Below the pieces are notes generated by a model that was given only the letters and a program-made list of their open reading frames with translations, was not told the origin of the DNA and ran no database searches. From positions 1-64,000 of the IMG/VR virus record IMGVR_UViG_3300030060_003999: a stretch of DNA of 64,000 bases. One strand, given 5' to 3'. This DNA is from an uncultured virus (IMG/VR IMGVR_UViG_3300030060_003999) (taxonomy: Duplodnaviria > Heunggongvirae > Uroviricota > Caudoviricetes). Position numbers and translations under genes: made by a program. Shown piece by piece: positions 47,744 through 57,606 of this stretch (positions are counted from its first letter, which is position 1; the number at the start of each line of letters is the position of its first letter).

Positions 47744-50043
47744 TATTGAACCTCCCTAATCATATTGGCAGTAGTGAATGCTTTGAGCGCAGGTGCGACT
47801 TGAACCTTATTAGTTTTATTTTGAAACTTTTGTCCGTAATTATCTATAAAGAACTTTAATCGCAATTCAAATGCTTTAATTATTTCTTTCTTGAAATTCT
47901 TCAATAATTGTTCCATTTTACCATTTAAGTTTTCAATGACTTGCTTCGCCTCGTCTGTATTCGGCTTGTCGTTTATTTTATTAAACGCTTCTCCTATCTC
48001 ATCGTTGCCTACCCGTTCCGCCATTTTAGACAAGAAGAGTAATGACCCTTTAGGAGTAATTTGGTCTAAAACCTTTGCTGAATCTATCTTGGAATCTATT
48101 AAGTCATTAATTGATTCTTGAGAAGCAGTAGATATAATAAAATCAACAAAGTTAGTTGGCCTTAATAAAGCACTTCTTAGTTCTTGTATTTTATTATCTA
48201 CTTCTTGAGGAACATCTGCTTTTTTCTTTCTCTCTTTGATTTTATCTTTAACTCTAGCAATATCTTTTTTATAAGAAGCCTCTAGTTTTTGTTTAGATGC
48301 TTCTTCCATTTCTCTATTTGGCAAATTAGCCAATGCTTGCTCTAGTTCTTTTAATGCTATTTCTAATCCTCTTGTTGGATTTTTACTTTTAGGTCGGCTT
48401 ACTTGAGATAAATTAACCCCTTCTACCCAATCCTTATAATTAGTTTGATTAACTGTTTCATCTTCATCATCAAACATTTCAAAATCAACATAATAGGCAT
48501 TTTCTACTCTTTCCGTAAAAGACTCAACATCGCCTTCTATTTCTTCTATTTTAGTTCCTGTTGAATCATAATACCTTGTAGTAATATCATCTTCATCATA
48601 TTCTTCTTTTAAGAACTCAAGAATCTTTTTACCTTCTCTTATGGTAAAGTATTTTTCTAGCAAAGTAAGTTGTTCCCTACGAATAGTTAATTTTTTCTGT
48701 GTAATTTCTGCCCCTAAATTACCTTCACCTTGATTTTCTGAAATAATTTGTCTAAGCATTTCATTTAATCTCTTTTTAACATCATCAGGCTTAGTTAGTA
48801 TTAAATTTCTAACGCCTTGTAGTCTTGAAAAAGAAGCAGTTCTTATTTTTAGTCTGGATTCCGCTTTTCCATTCAATAATGCATTTGAAATGTCATCAAT
48901 GATTATTCTATCCACTTCACCATCAGATAATACTTCATTAGTTCTTAAAGCATTAAAGAAAGGTTTAAACCACTCCTTCCCAAAATCGTTAAACAGAACA
49001 ATTGAGGCATAAGGATTTAAAATTAGGGATTTTGTAGTTTTTGCTTGTCTTGGTAAGAAAACTAATCCTTCGGGAATAGGTTCTCCGTTCTCAAACTCCT
49101 TTGGCTTCCAAATTCCTTTAGCATTCTTTAATCCTTCCACAATTTCTATGTATTGGGAAACACTTTCTTCACTAAATGTGCCAACTAATTCGTATTTTGC
49201 TCCTTTAATGTTTAATTCTCTTGCTTCTAACTTTCTTGAGTCAATTTTAGAACTAAGAGTTCCCTTTTTAAGACGAGGCTTAAGTTGTTTTATGTTTTCA
49301 TTGTAAAATTCAAAGCGTTTATCAAAGATTTTCTCTTCATCGCTCTTTTCGCCTTCATTATTTGCTTTATATTCTTCAAATTCCTGTTGTTGCTGCTTAG
49401 TTGGTCGCAAAATTCGGATAAAATCGTTTTCAGTTTCAAAATTTACAAAAATTTTGTTATTTTTTGCTGTTCCGCCAATTAATTCGGCAAAATCTTCCAA
49501 AACTTTGTTGCTTGAAGGAGGGTTCTCAAAGAAAAGATGTGCTTTTCCGCCATCTTCTTCCAAATATTCTTTCAAAAACTCTAATCTATCTCTTTCTGGA
49601 ATGTAGTCTTTCAAAAATTCTCTTTTTGGGTTAATATTTTCTGTAATTTCTAAAATAATTTCAGCAACTTTGTCTTTATCGTCATTATTTTTGGCTGCCA
49701 TCGCTGCCGAAAGCAGTTTTCTAATTTTTTCTATGGAGTAATACTGTCTTTCAGTAAATTCTTCTGTTTTTTCAGCAATAATTTGCAGCATTTCGTCAAA
49801 CATTTCTTTTGATTCTTCTTCGGACAAATCAACTTCTGTTGCTCCTGCTTCAACCCCTTCGTCATAATAGACTTTATGCGACTTTTCGTTGTTTAAGACT
49901 CCTTGAAGTCTGCTCGGAACTCTCTCTAAAGTCCTTAATTGATTTAATGTGTTCTCAAACTCGGCTCTATTCACAACAACATTGGATAAAAATATCCTTC
50001 TTGAAGGAATGCCGATAATTTTGACAACATCAAACCAATTCAT
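47743..50043 (-). CDS. large W-motif protein (possible internal virion protein)
   Basis: MNWFDVVK; 766 aa. Confidence 0.65.
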   Translation of the reverse strand: MNWFDVVKIIGIPSRRIFLSNVVVNRAEFENTLNQLRTLERVPSRLQGVLNNEKSHKVYYDEGVEAGATEVDLSEEESKEMFDEMLQIIAEKTEEFTERQYYSIEKIRKLLSAAMAAKNNDDKDKVAEIILEITENINPKREFLKDYIPERDRLEFLKEYLEEDGGKAHLFFENPPSSNKVLEDFAELIGGTAKNNKIFVNFETENDFIRILRPTKQQQQEFEEYKANNEGEKSDEEKIFDKRFEFYNENIKQLKPRLKKGTLSSKIDSRKLEARELNIKGAKYELVGTFSEESVSQYIEIVEGLKNAKGIWKPKEFENGEPIPEGLVFLPRQAKTTKSLILNPYASIVLFNDFGKEWFKPFFNALRTNEVLSDGEVDRIIIDDISNALLNGKAESRLKIRTASFSRLQGVRNLILTKPDDVKKRLNEMLRQIISENQGEGNLGAEITQKKLTIRREQLTLLEKYFTIREGKKILEFLKEEYDEDDITTRYYDSTGTKIEEIEGDVESFTERVENAYYVDFEMFDDEDETVNQTNYKDWVEGVNLSQVSRPKSKNPTRGLEIALKELEQALANLPNREMEEASKQKLEASYKKDIARVKDKIKERKKKADVPQEVDNKIQELRSALLRPTNFVDFIISTASQESINDLIDSKIDSAKVLDQITPKGSLLFLSKMAERVGNDEIGEAFNKINDKPNTDEAKQVIENLNGKMEQLLKNFKKEIIKAFELRLKFFIDNYGQKFQNKTNKVQVAPALKAFTTANMIREVQ

Positions 50044-50044
50044 C

Positions 50045-50365
50045 CTAAGCCTCGCCTCTTTCTCTTAAATAATCGTCATAGTTAATAGTTCCTGTTTTTG
50101 GTCTATATCCTCTTCTTGTTTGATTGCGGAGTTTAGCAGGTAATCTTCTTAAAACATTCTGTAAGTTCTTAGGAGAACCTTCTGGAAAATATTTGTGTGG
50201 GTGAATCTTTTCATGCCCTTCATGTGGATATGGTTCAATAAAAGCAATTGCGCCTCCATGCGCTCTTGAATCATCTTCATCAACTATTTTATAGCCGAGT
50301 TCTTTCATCTTTTGTTTAATCTTTCGTTTCACTTTAGAAACTTTGATTAAATCCCACCAAGTCAT
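50045..50365 (-). CDS. W-motif protein
   Basis: Likely start MTWWDLIK at 50365. Confidence 0.6.
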   Translation of the reverse strand: MTWWDLIKVSKVKRKIKQKMKELGYKIVDEDDSRAHGGAIAFIEPYPHEGHEKIHPHKYFPEGSPKNLQNVLRRLPAKLRNQTRRGYRPKTGTINYDDYLRERGEA

Positions 50366-50366
50366 A

Positions 50367-50789
50367 TTAATCATCACTCCTTTTCATGTTTCTTTTATTC
50401 TTTGGAGGTTCATATCCTCTTTCTCTATAAAATGCTTCATCCCATTTAAAATTAGAATCTTCAGGTTCTTGTCCTTGAAAGAAACCCACTCCATGTAGAT
50501 ATTCAAAATCTATTTTTCTTCCTAATGCCCAATATTCCGATTGTTCGGGTGATTCTCTTTTTGCTTCGTGCCATTTGTAATAAGGATGGTTATATATGTA
50601 AGTATCTGGTTCTTCGGGTTCTGGGCCTAATTCCCTTTCTATTCTTGCTCTTAAATCTATAAGAAGTTGTTTTCTTTTTGGTTGAAGGGGGTGGTCTTCT
50701 TTTCTTTTTGGCCTCATTATTCTATCTTCCGCCATGTGTGCTTGAACCATTCTCCAAGCATCATTTTTAAGAATAGATTGCCAACTCAT
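50367..50789 (-). CDS. W-motif protein
   Basis: MSWQSILKN. Confidence 0.65.
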   Translation of the reverse strand: MSWQSILKNDAWRMVQAHMAEDRIMRPKRKEDHPLQPKRKQLLIDLRARIERELGPEPEEPDTYIYNHPYYKWHEAKRESPEQSEYWALGRKIDFEYLHGVGFFQGQEPEDSNFKWDEAFYRERGYEPPKNKRNMKRSDD

Positions 50790-50800
50790 TGTAATTGCTC

Positions 50801-50983
50801 CTATTCTTTAGGATTACTTAATTTATTATCTAAAGCATTTTTGTATAGTTTCATCATTTCATGAATGTCCTCAAGAACCCTCTCCGTCATTTGTAAGTTT
50901 TTTTGAGGAATTATGAACTTTAAATGCTCAACAAGAGTTATTAAATCCTCTTCATATTTTTCTACTACTTTTGATTTCTTCAT
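50801..50983 (-). CDS. hypothetical protein
   Basis: Likely start MKKSKVV at 50983 after a GGAGA RBS. Confidence 0.55.
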   Translation of the reverse strand: MKKSKVVEKYEEDLITLVEHLKFIIPQKNLQMTERVLEDIHEMMKLYKNALDNKLSNPKE

Positions 50984-50999
50984 TGTAATCTCTCCTGCA

Positions 51000-51263
51000 T
51001 TAAATTTGTTCAAGTTCTCTAATTAAATCATTTGCTGAATTAATATATGGGGTAGCATCTTCTCCATCGGAAAACTTTCCATCTTCAGGAACAGTTCCTA
51101 AATTGGCTTTTAATTCTCCAATTTCATATTCAATATAATCATCAACTGATTCTTCATCAAATCCATCAGTCACCCAATTAACATATTCATCATCATAAAA
51201 TGTTCTTAAAACTCTTCTTAGTTTTTCTAGTCTGCTTTCTTTTAATATATCTTCCCAACTCAT
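51000..51263 (-). CDS. acidic W-motif protein
   Basis: MSWEDILKE. Confidence 0.65.
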   Translation of the reverse strand: MSWEDILKESRLEKLRRVLRTFYDDEYVNWVTDGFDEESVDDYIEYEIGELKANLGTVPEDGKFSDGEDATPYINSANDLIRELEQI

Positions 51264-51934
51264 TGTAATCTCTCCTGCATTTTCTTTTTAATATCAAGCC
51301 AAATCTCAGGATTGTTCTGTGCTAACACTTCTTGAACAACTTGCATTTGTGCGACAATAATTGTATCTTGTCGCTTGTGAATCAATTTACCCTTAAACTC
51401 CATAAGATACTTCAAAGATTCTCTAATCTCTCTTGCTAACTTAGTTAAGGCATCAATCATCTTAGGGTCTAAATCATTTCCTAAATCGTTAAAGACTTGC
51501 TCTAATCGTGTATCTAACTTAGCAACATTGTTTGATAGTAATTCAACTTCATTTACTTCCTTTTTCGCTATGATATTGGCTGCGGATTGCTGCACGATTG
51601 GCGTTAAGTGGTGTTTCATGTGTCTTTGCACCTGTGTTTTTGACATATCTAAGGCAGAAGAAACAGCCTCCGTTGATATATTACCTTCTTTTATCGCTAC
51701 TTCGTAGTGTTTCCTCATTGGGTCTGTGCATAGATTACAACGAGGATTTGATGAGTTAGTGTAATTGCCCATGTGATTTCTTTGATGTTGTGCCGCAGTT
51801 CCACTTCTCCAGTTATAACGAGCATCTAATTCATCGCAGGTTATTTGACCTGTTTCTAACATAGCCTCTAGTTCTTCCCTATCCTCATGTTGGCACATAC
51901 CACATCTTTTGCGATTAATAGTCATAGCAATCAC
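51260..51934 (-). CDS. probable terminase small subunit (tandem zinc-finger/HTH units plus coiled coil)
   Basis: Two C-x-x-C...H-x-x-x-H units (CGMC..HQRNH; CNLC..HMKHH) followed by an oligomerisation-like helical region. Confidence 0.5.
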   Translation of the reverse strand: MIAMTINRKRCGMCQHEDREELEAMLETGQITCDELDARYNWRSGTAAQHQRNHMGNYTNSSNPRCNLCTDPMRKHYEVAIKEGNISTEAVSSALDMSKTQVQRHMKHHLTPIVQQSAANIIAKKEVNEVELLSNNVAKLDTRLEQVFNDLGNDLDPKMIDALTKLAREIRESLKYLMEFKGKLIHKRQDTIIVAQMQVVQEVLAQNNPEIWLDIKKKMQERLQ

Positions 51935-52239
51935 TCCTTGAAGTAATCAAGTATTTTCTTTTTATTATCGTTCTTTGCTTCAGTAGTAGTGCTACGACTT
52001 AAGCGGGGAGGATTAGGAAATTCTCTTAATAAACTGGACATAGAATCTCTAAAAAGACTAATGTTTCTTTCATTCATTTCTTTCATATACATTTCTAAAG
52101 TCTTTAAAATAACTGGTTTGAGTTGTCCTTGAAGGCTTTTAGATTTTTCATCTCTAGCAGCATCCATATCTTCAGGAGCATATCTATCTCCTAATCTACG
52201 GGCTTCCTCCATATCTATTTTAAGAATCTTTTTCCACAT
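51931..52239 (-). CDS. W-motif protein
   Basis: MWKKILKI. Confidence 0.65.
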   Translation of the reverse strand: MWKKILKIDMEEARRLGDRYAPEDMDAARDEKSKSLQGQLKPVILKTLEMYMKEMNERNISLFRDSMSSLLREFPNPPRLSRSTTTEAKNDNKKKILDYFKE

Positions 52240-52248
52240 AATATCGCC

Positions 52249-52563
52249 TTAACTAAACAAACTACCTAAGCCATCAAACTCTAAATCTTCATCATCAGTA
52301 TCGCTACCGTCCATAGGAATTTTATTCAACTTATCTAAATATCGTTGATATTTTTCAATAACTCTATTCATAGTTTCTTTAATGTATTTAATGTCTTTTT
52401 GAACTTCAACATCGCTTCTTTCCTTTCCACTCATATTTATGATATGTGTAACATAGTTGTCAAATTCATTAGGAACTGAGCCTTTTGACCCCCAATATTT
52501 ACTTTTACTGTAAACAGGATGGTAACTTTTTCTACTAAATTTTTTTATTTCATCTTTCCACAT
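52249..52563 (-). CDS. W-motif protein
   Basis: MWKDEIKK. Confidence 0.65.
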   Translation of the reverse strand: MWKDEIKKFSRKSYHPVYSKSKYWGSKGSVPNEFDNYVTHIINMSGKERSDVEVQKDIKYIKETMNRVIEKYQRYLDKLNKIPMDGSDTDDEDLEFDGLGSLFS

Positions 52564-52567
52564 AATA

Positions 52568-53737
52568 TCATCTCCAAAGTCTTGATTGCCACATCTTAGA
52601 AATTACTCTTTGTGTTGGCTTCATTCTAAATCCTCTACCTTTAGGCTCATCGTAAGTTTTAGGGTATGCTTCCTTTGCTGTTTTTCTATAATCAAAACCA
52701 GTCTTTCTTGAGTTTTGCCATGCACGATAACCATTAGGTGCTTTATTAGTTCCCTTGCGCTTTAACGCTCTATCTACTAATGTAAGTAAAGGTAAAGCGG
52801 TAGCAGTTAATTTGAATTCAGTAACTTTCCCTGCAATTGATTTAGGGTCATCTCTTTTGCCTAATCTAGCCAATTCTCTAATAATCTCTTGGTCTTTTTC
52901 CATCAATCTAAAAGATTGTGCTTGAAAGTCTTTCCTTAGTTTATTAACTAAGAGTTTTCCACCAGCATTCCAAAAAGCATTATTTCTAACAACCTTATCA
53001 AAATACTTTTCAATCTCGCTTATTTCTTCAAAATCACTTGCATCAAAGCCTTCGGGAATATCATCCACTTCAACTTCAAGGTCAGCGAATCCATCAGTAT
53101 TCTTGTTGTTGAATTCTTTTGTTGCGTCTTCCATAATATAAAGAAGTCCTCTAGGATTTGCGAATTCAGTTTTTGTTGCTGAGAATAATGCTTGGTGTGG
53201 AGGATTTCCTTCCTTTCCGCCTATACCTGTATGAACAAACCAATCATCGGGGGCTTCTTTATTCCAATGACCCTGAATAGGTCTATCTCGTAATCTATCT
53301 CCACCTCTCCCCTTTCTTTGTTCAGTAAATAGAATAAAAGCAGGGTCGGCAGCAATACCTCTACCGCCAGCATCATCGCCAGTATTTTCATATTCTTTTA
53401 ATACAGTTGCTAATTGCTTGATAATTTTTGCATTACCAACAGTAAACAAATCATCATCAACGGCTTTTTCAATTACCGTTAAAAGTTCATTTGCTCCTTC
53501 ACCGAGAAAGGCTTGATTTCTGCTTCCGCTTCTAACAAAAGGGGAAACAAAGTGTTTCTTTAAGAATACATATAGATTAGGAACATTCTTTGTAAACATA
53601 GCATCTCCGCTAACTCCTTGACAATGGGTTCTCCAAGTGTTAAACTCTTCAACGAACTTAGCGTTCTTTAATTTTTGATTTACTTTGTTCCCTTTAAACG
53701 GGTTGAAGTTTTTCTTTTCTTTAACCATTAAGCCCAA
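52568..53737 (-). CDS. hypothetical protein
   Basis: 389-aa ORF. Confidence 0.65.
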   Translation of the reverse strand: MGLMVKEKKNFNPFKGNKVNQKLKNAKFVEEFNTWRTHCQGVSGDAMFTKNVPNLYVFLKKHFVSPFVRSGSRNQAFLGEGANELLTVIEKAVDDDLFTVGNAKIIKQLATVLKEYENTGDDAGGRGIAADPAFILFTEQRKGRGGDRLRDRPIQGHWNKEAPDDWFVHTGIGGKEGNPPHQALFSATKTEFANPRGLLYIMEDATKEFNNKNTDGFADLEVEVDDIPEGFDASDFEEISEIEKYFDKVVRNNAFWNAGGKLLVNKLRKDFQAQSFRLMEKDQEIIRELARLGKRDDPKSIAGKVTEFKLTATALPLLTLVDRALKRKGTNKAPNGYRAWQNSRKTGFDYRKTAKEAYPKTYDEPKGRGFRMKPTQRVISKMWQSRLWR

Positions 53738-54585
53738 TCCTCCTTCTTCTTTTTCCTACGAATAGCCTTATTATTAAACATTGACGGTGCAGATGTTGTA
53801 GTGACTGCCATAGCCGCTTTTAATTCATTAGGGTCAAGACCATTTGCTCTTGCTAAAGTATCTAATATTTCTTTATTTTTCTGACCGTAGCGTTCTAAAG
53901 CAAACTTATAATATTCCTCAATAGTTTGATGAGGCCAATACCTTACATCAGGTTTTCCTTGTGTTTTTGCAGTCATTTCCAAACGAGCCACTTTTTCTCT
54001 CAAGTCCTCTTTCATTTTACCATTAGGAATATCTTCTGTAATTCCATCAATATAAGCAAGTAGTTCTTCTACTTTTTGAATAATTTCGGGAGTCCTCATA
54101 ACATCTTTTGGATTTACACCGAGCATAGCCGCCATTTCTGGAGGGAATAAGATTCTTTTCGTAGCAGGGTGTTTAAGGAACTCTTTCAATCTAATGTAAG
54201 TGCTTTCAGGGAATTGGCCTGTATATGCACCATATTCTGCTTGATGCGTAGCCATACCATCTTGTTCTTCTTTCATTCCAGCGTGAGTGCTTTCGTGCAT
54301 AATTACTCTTGTAATATACCTAATTAATTCTTTATCGGTTGGCTGCCTTCCGAGTTTTTCTTTCAAGAAAGCATTAATCCTTTGATGGTTAATTTTAATA
54401 TTTTCCGTTAGGTATTCTTTAATGTCAGGTCTTTTGCTTTGAAATATCATATCTCGCATTAATTTCTCAAGAAACTTATCCATGTCTTCTCTACTTTCTA
54501 TGCCTATTCCTTCGCCATATTGACCCATAGCACCAATTTCTTTATCAAAATCAATGTCTACTTTTAATAATTCAAACCAATTCAT
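53728..54585 (-). CDS. W-motif protein with an HExxH zincin metallopeptidase motif
   Basis: MNWFELLK start; VIMHESTHAG...AEYGAY. Confidence 0.7.
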   Translation of the reverse strand: MNWFELLKVDIDFDKEIGAMGQYGEGIGIESREDMDKFLEKLMRDMIFQSKRPDIKEYLTENIKINHQRINAFLKEKLGRQPTDKELIRYITRVIMHESTHAGMKEEQDGMATHQAEYGAYTGQFPESTYIRLKEFLKHPATKRILFPPEMAAMLGVNPKDVMRTPEIIQKVEELLAYIDGITEDIPNGKMKEDLREKVARLEMTAKTQGKPDVRYWPHQTIEEYYKFALERYGQKNKEILDTLARANGLDPNELKAAMAVTTTSAPSMFNNKAIRRKKKKEDWA

Positions 54586-54764
54586 AGTTCTTCCTCCCTC
54601 ATTGGACAACTGGGTTTAATTCCTGCACTCGGAGATGGTAGGCTTAAATTGCATTTTTGATATTTAGTTACCATTTGTTGACACCTGCGACAATATCCAG
54701 TTTTTTGAACACGACTAGCAACTTCTCGCTCATCAAACTTTAGAACTAAATCTCTCCAAGACAT
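54582..54764 (-). CDS. small Cys-containing W-motif protein
   Basis: MSWRDLVLK; CRRC..C..C. Confidence 0.6.
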   Translation of the reverse strand: MSWRDLVLKFDEREVASRVQKTGYCRRCQQMVTKYQKCNLSLPSPSAGIKPSCPMREEEL

Positions 54765-55007
54765 TTACTGACCTCTTGCCTCTAATTCGTCTTGACATTC
54801 TTCAAGCATTTCTTTAATTTTTCTTAGTTGTTGTTCAGGTCTATCTGCCTTCTTTTCATACATACTAAGTAAATATTTCATTTCTTCAAGGAAATCATCT
54901 TTTTTAGGAATAGCCTTTCCTTCATCGTCTAAGCCTCTTTCCTCGTAATCCCTGCCGTATTCATCAAATGCAGGAGGAAGATTCTTTTTAATACTATCTT
55001 TCCACAT
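54765..55007 (-). CDS. W-motif protein
   Basis: MWKDSIKK. Confidence 0.6.
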   Translation of the reverse strand: MWKDSIKKNLPPAFDEYGRDYEERGLDDEGKAIPKKDDFLEEMKYLLSMYEKKADRPEQQLRKIKEMLEECQDELEARGQ

Positions 55008-55012
55008 TAAAA

Positions 55013-55183
55013 TCAATCCTTTCTTGTAAATGGATTTTTGGGCTTGGGCTTTTTCTTATCTTTAGCGGCTTGTTTCATGGATTCTTTTTTGTTTCCATCA
55101 CCATCTAAATCAATGTAATCAGGCTTAGAACCTTCCTTCTCAAATACTTCTTTGTCTTTTTTAACTATATCTCTCCAACTCAT
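55013..55183 (-). CDS. small W-motif protein with an EF-hand-like loop (not in ORF track)
   Basis: MSWRDIVKK...KPDYIDLDGDGNKKESMKQAAKD. Confidence 0.7.
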   Translation of the reverse strand: MSWRDIVKKDKEVFEKEGSKPDYIDLDGDGNKKESMKQAAKDKKKPKPKNPFTRKD

Positions 55184-55549
55184 TGTAATCCCCTCACGGC
55201 TTCTTTTAATTCGTTAATGTCTAATTTTTCAGGACTAAATTCATGCATTTCAAATCCATTATTGTAAGTGTAATCACCCATAGCAAATTCTTCATATTTT
55301 GTGCTACGGAAATCTATTCGGTAATAACCAACATCTTCTTCTAATTTTTCTTCTTGGGATAAATCTTCTTCACCTTCATACATATCTTCAAAAGTGACAT
55401 CAATTTCAACTCCATCAAGATTTGGGCCGTTTCTATCAGCAAAGTATTCAAAATCGCTAATATCTTGATTTCTTCCCCAATCTTCAACTAATTGTTCTAA
55501 CTTAATTTCTAAGTCTTCTCTTTCGTCATTCTTTAGAATATTCTGCCAT
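55180..55549 (-). CDS. acidic W-motif protein whose start lies in the assembly gap
   Basis: The frame is open from the N-run: WQNILKNDEREDLE... and continues into track ORF 55180-55383. Confidence 0.65.
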
Positions 55550-55559
55550 NNNNNNNNNN
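55550..55559. other. assembly/scaffold gap (10 N)
   Basis: Run of N in the sequence. Confidence 1.
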
Positions 55560-55646
55560 AAAGTTCCTTTTTGTTTTCTTTTCTGCTTCATCAACCTTTT
55601 TTGATTGAACATCAAACCATGCATCTAAATAATTACATCTTGTCAT
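55560..55646 (-). CDS. N-terminal part of an ORF running into the gap
   Basis: MTRCNYLDAWFDVQSKKVDEAEKK... after a GAGGGA RBS. Confidence 0.5.
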
Positions 55647-55654
55647 AATATCCC

Positions 55655-56956
55655 TCAATAAAACGGTTCAAAGTCTTTAATGTCATATCTTGGATTTCTC
55701 TTGACATACTTATCCAAAATCTTTCTTTGCGTTGCTTTATCAGCATTTTTCCAATCATCTCTTTGATAAACTTCTGCGGGAACATCACTCCATTTGTAAG
55801 AATCATCTTCACAATACATACAGGTTTTACCTTGAGGGTCTGAACCAGCGAATTTCCTTCTTTCAGGACTTTGTAAGTTTCTAATACAACCAGTCCCGTT
55901 ATCGTTTTGACAACGACCAAATCGGTAATCTTTGACGAATGGGTGCTTTTTAACAGAAGCCTTTTTATCTTTTTCAAAGGCTTCTCTTTTTGCTTGTATT
56001 TGCTCCCTAACTTGTTTATCATACCAAGATTCTTTCTTAAGTAAATTAACCCATGATTTAACCAATTCATCACCTTCTTCATCAGATTCTTCTTGTTCCT
56101 TTTCTTTCTTAGATTTCCAATCAGTAAAGTATTGTCTAGCAATTCCGTGAACTCTTTTTAGAACATAACTCATTTGTTCTTCATCTTCGGGATTATAGCC
56201 TAATGCACTTAATCCTCCAGCGAACCACTTTCCTGCGCTTCTAAAACCTAAACCGCTTTTTGCATAATCTCCATATGCAGTAGCGTATAAATTGTTTTCT
56301 TTTTGCTTAAGTAAAACCTTTCTAACCTTTCTAGTAATATAGTCCTTCATATCATCACTAAGGTCTTTGCTTTGTGCTTTAAGACGCTTTTTCGCTTCTC
56401 TAATGCTTTGGCGAGTTTTCTTCTCAATCTCTTGTTCATAACGAGCATCAATTAAAGGAGTAACACGGGCTTCTAATATTTCGTCAATTTCGCCATATCT
56501 GAATAAACCGCCCCTGCCAGTTCCCTTTCTAACCCTTCTTCCGCCTCTTGCCCTTCTATTTAACATATGATTAGGGAAAGGACTCTTTAGAACTTCAGTC
56601 CAACTTTTTTTAACATTATCGTGAAGTCTGTCATTTGGATAGTATTTGTCATCTCTTTCCATAGTATCTTCATCTGGGTGATAAGCGTGAGTTTCAACAT
56701 TTCTGTCGTGAAAACCTCTCATTCCTTGATTCCTTAGAACATTGTCGTATTCATTAAATAAGTCTTCATGTTCAGGAGTTAATTTCTTTCCTCTCATCTT
56801 TCTAGCAGCAAAATACACAATATCAAGAATAAAGTCCATATCGCTAACAGGGATAGATTTTGCTTTTGCTCTAGGAACAGCAATATCGCTTAAATCTTCG
56901 GCTTGCCACCTATTATTCTCTATTGCGTCCATAATGTCTTTTTGCCAATCTTCCAT
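55655..56956 (-). CDS. multi-module protein with internal W-motifs; first gene of the late region
   Basis: Internal KKSWTEVLKS and KSWVNLLKK separate apparent modules; TTTTTATTATA box about 25-35 nt upstream. Confidence 0.7.
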   Translation of the reverse strand: MEDWQKDIMDAIENNRWQAEDLSDIAVPRAKAKSIPVSDMDFILDIVYFAARKMRGKKLTPEHEDLFNEYDNVLRNQGMRGFHDRNVETHAYHPDEDTMERDDKYYPNDRLHDNVKKSWTEVLKSPFPNHMLNRRARGGRRVRKGTGRGGLFRYGEIDEILEARVTPLIDARYEQEIEKKTRQSIREAKKRLKAQSKDLSDDMKDYITRKVRKVLLKQKENNLYATAYGDYAKSGLGFRSAGKWFAGGLSALGYNPEDEEQMSYVLKRVHGIARQYFTDWKSKKEKEQEESDEEGDELVKSWVNLLKKESWYDKQVREQIQAKREAFEKDKKASVKKHPFVKDYRFGRCQNDNGTGCIRNLQSPERRKFAGSDPQGKTCMYCEDDSYKWSDVPAEVYQRDDWKNADKATQRKILDKYVKRNPRYDIKDFEPFY

Positions 56957-57606
56957 TTTAATCCTTTTCCTGTTAATTCGTTATAATAAAAAGTTTCTCA
57001 AAATTTGGGCTGGAATTTTTTTGCCACTTGCGTTCTCATTTAAATTTATTCATTTGTATTCCCAGAATAAAAAGTATATCATTTAATGTTAATAGGCTGT
57101 TTGATTGTTATTAATATATTCATTTTAAAAGATACTTCAGTAATGTCCTAACATATGCCGAGTAGTTGTATCACTTAATGGGTAGAAGTCATAGCATATA
57201 ATATGACCGCAAACAACCTTAAGCGAAAGTAATTAATGCTTTAAAATAACGAATTAAATGCTTTTTGTTTTAAAATTAACAAATTAATGGTTATTCGTTT
57301 AAACGAGGGAAATAAAAAAATTTGAAACAAAGCCATATGGTTGTATATAATCTATTGAGATGAATTGCAATATATATAGATTTATTTCATTGAATAGAAT
57401 TATATGCGCTATTTGAATAGATTTCTATAGAACGCATCACGCAACTGTTAAATGTTATGTTCCGAGCCATGTATCCCTAAATAATCCATTTAGCCTCTAT
57501 AATAACACATATATAGTCTATATATACTATACTACTACCATATGGTTTGGCTTTGCCAGTATAAACGAAAACCCCCCTTAAGGGGGCGACGCAGGGTAAT
57601 TCAGCA

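Noticed and set aside
50045..50365. HicA-like toxin
   Set aside because: Only a loose LGYKIV...H resemblance, without the GSH motif or an antitoxin partner.
55633..56142. 169-aa - strand ORF
   Set aside because: It is an alternative frame almost wholly inside 55655-56956, with no RBS.
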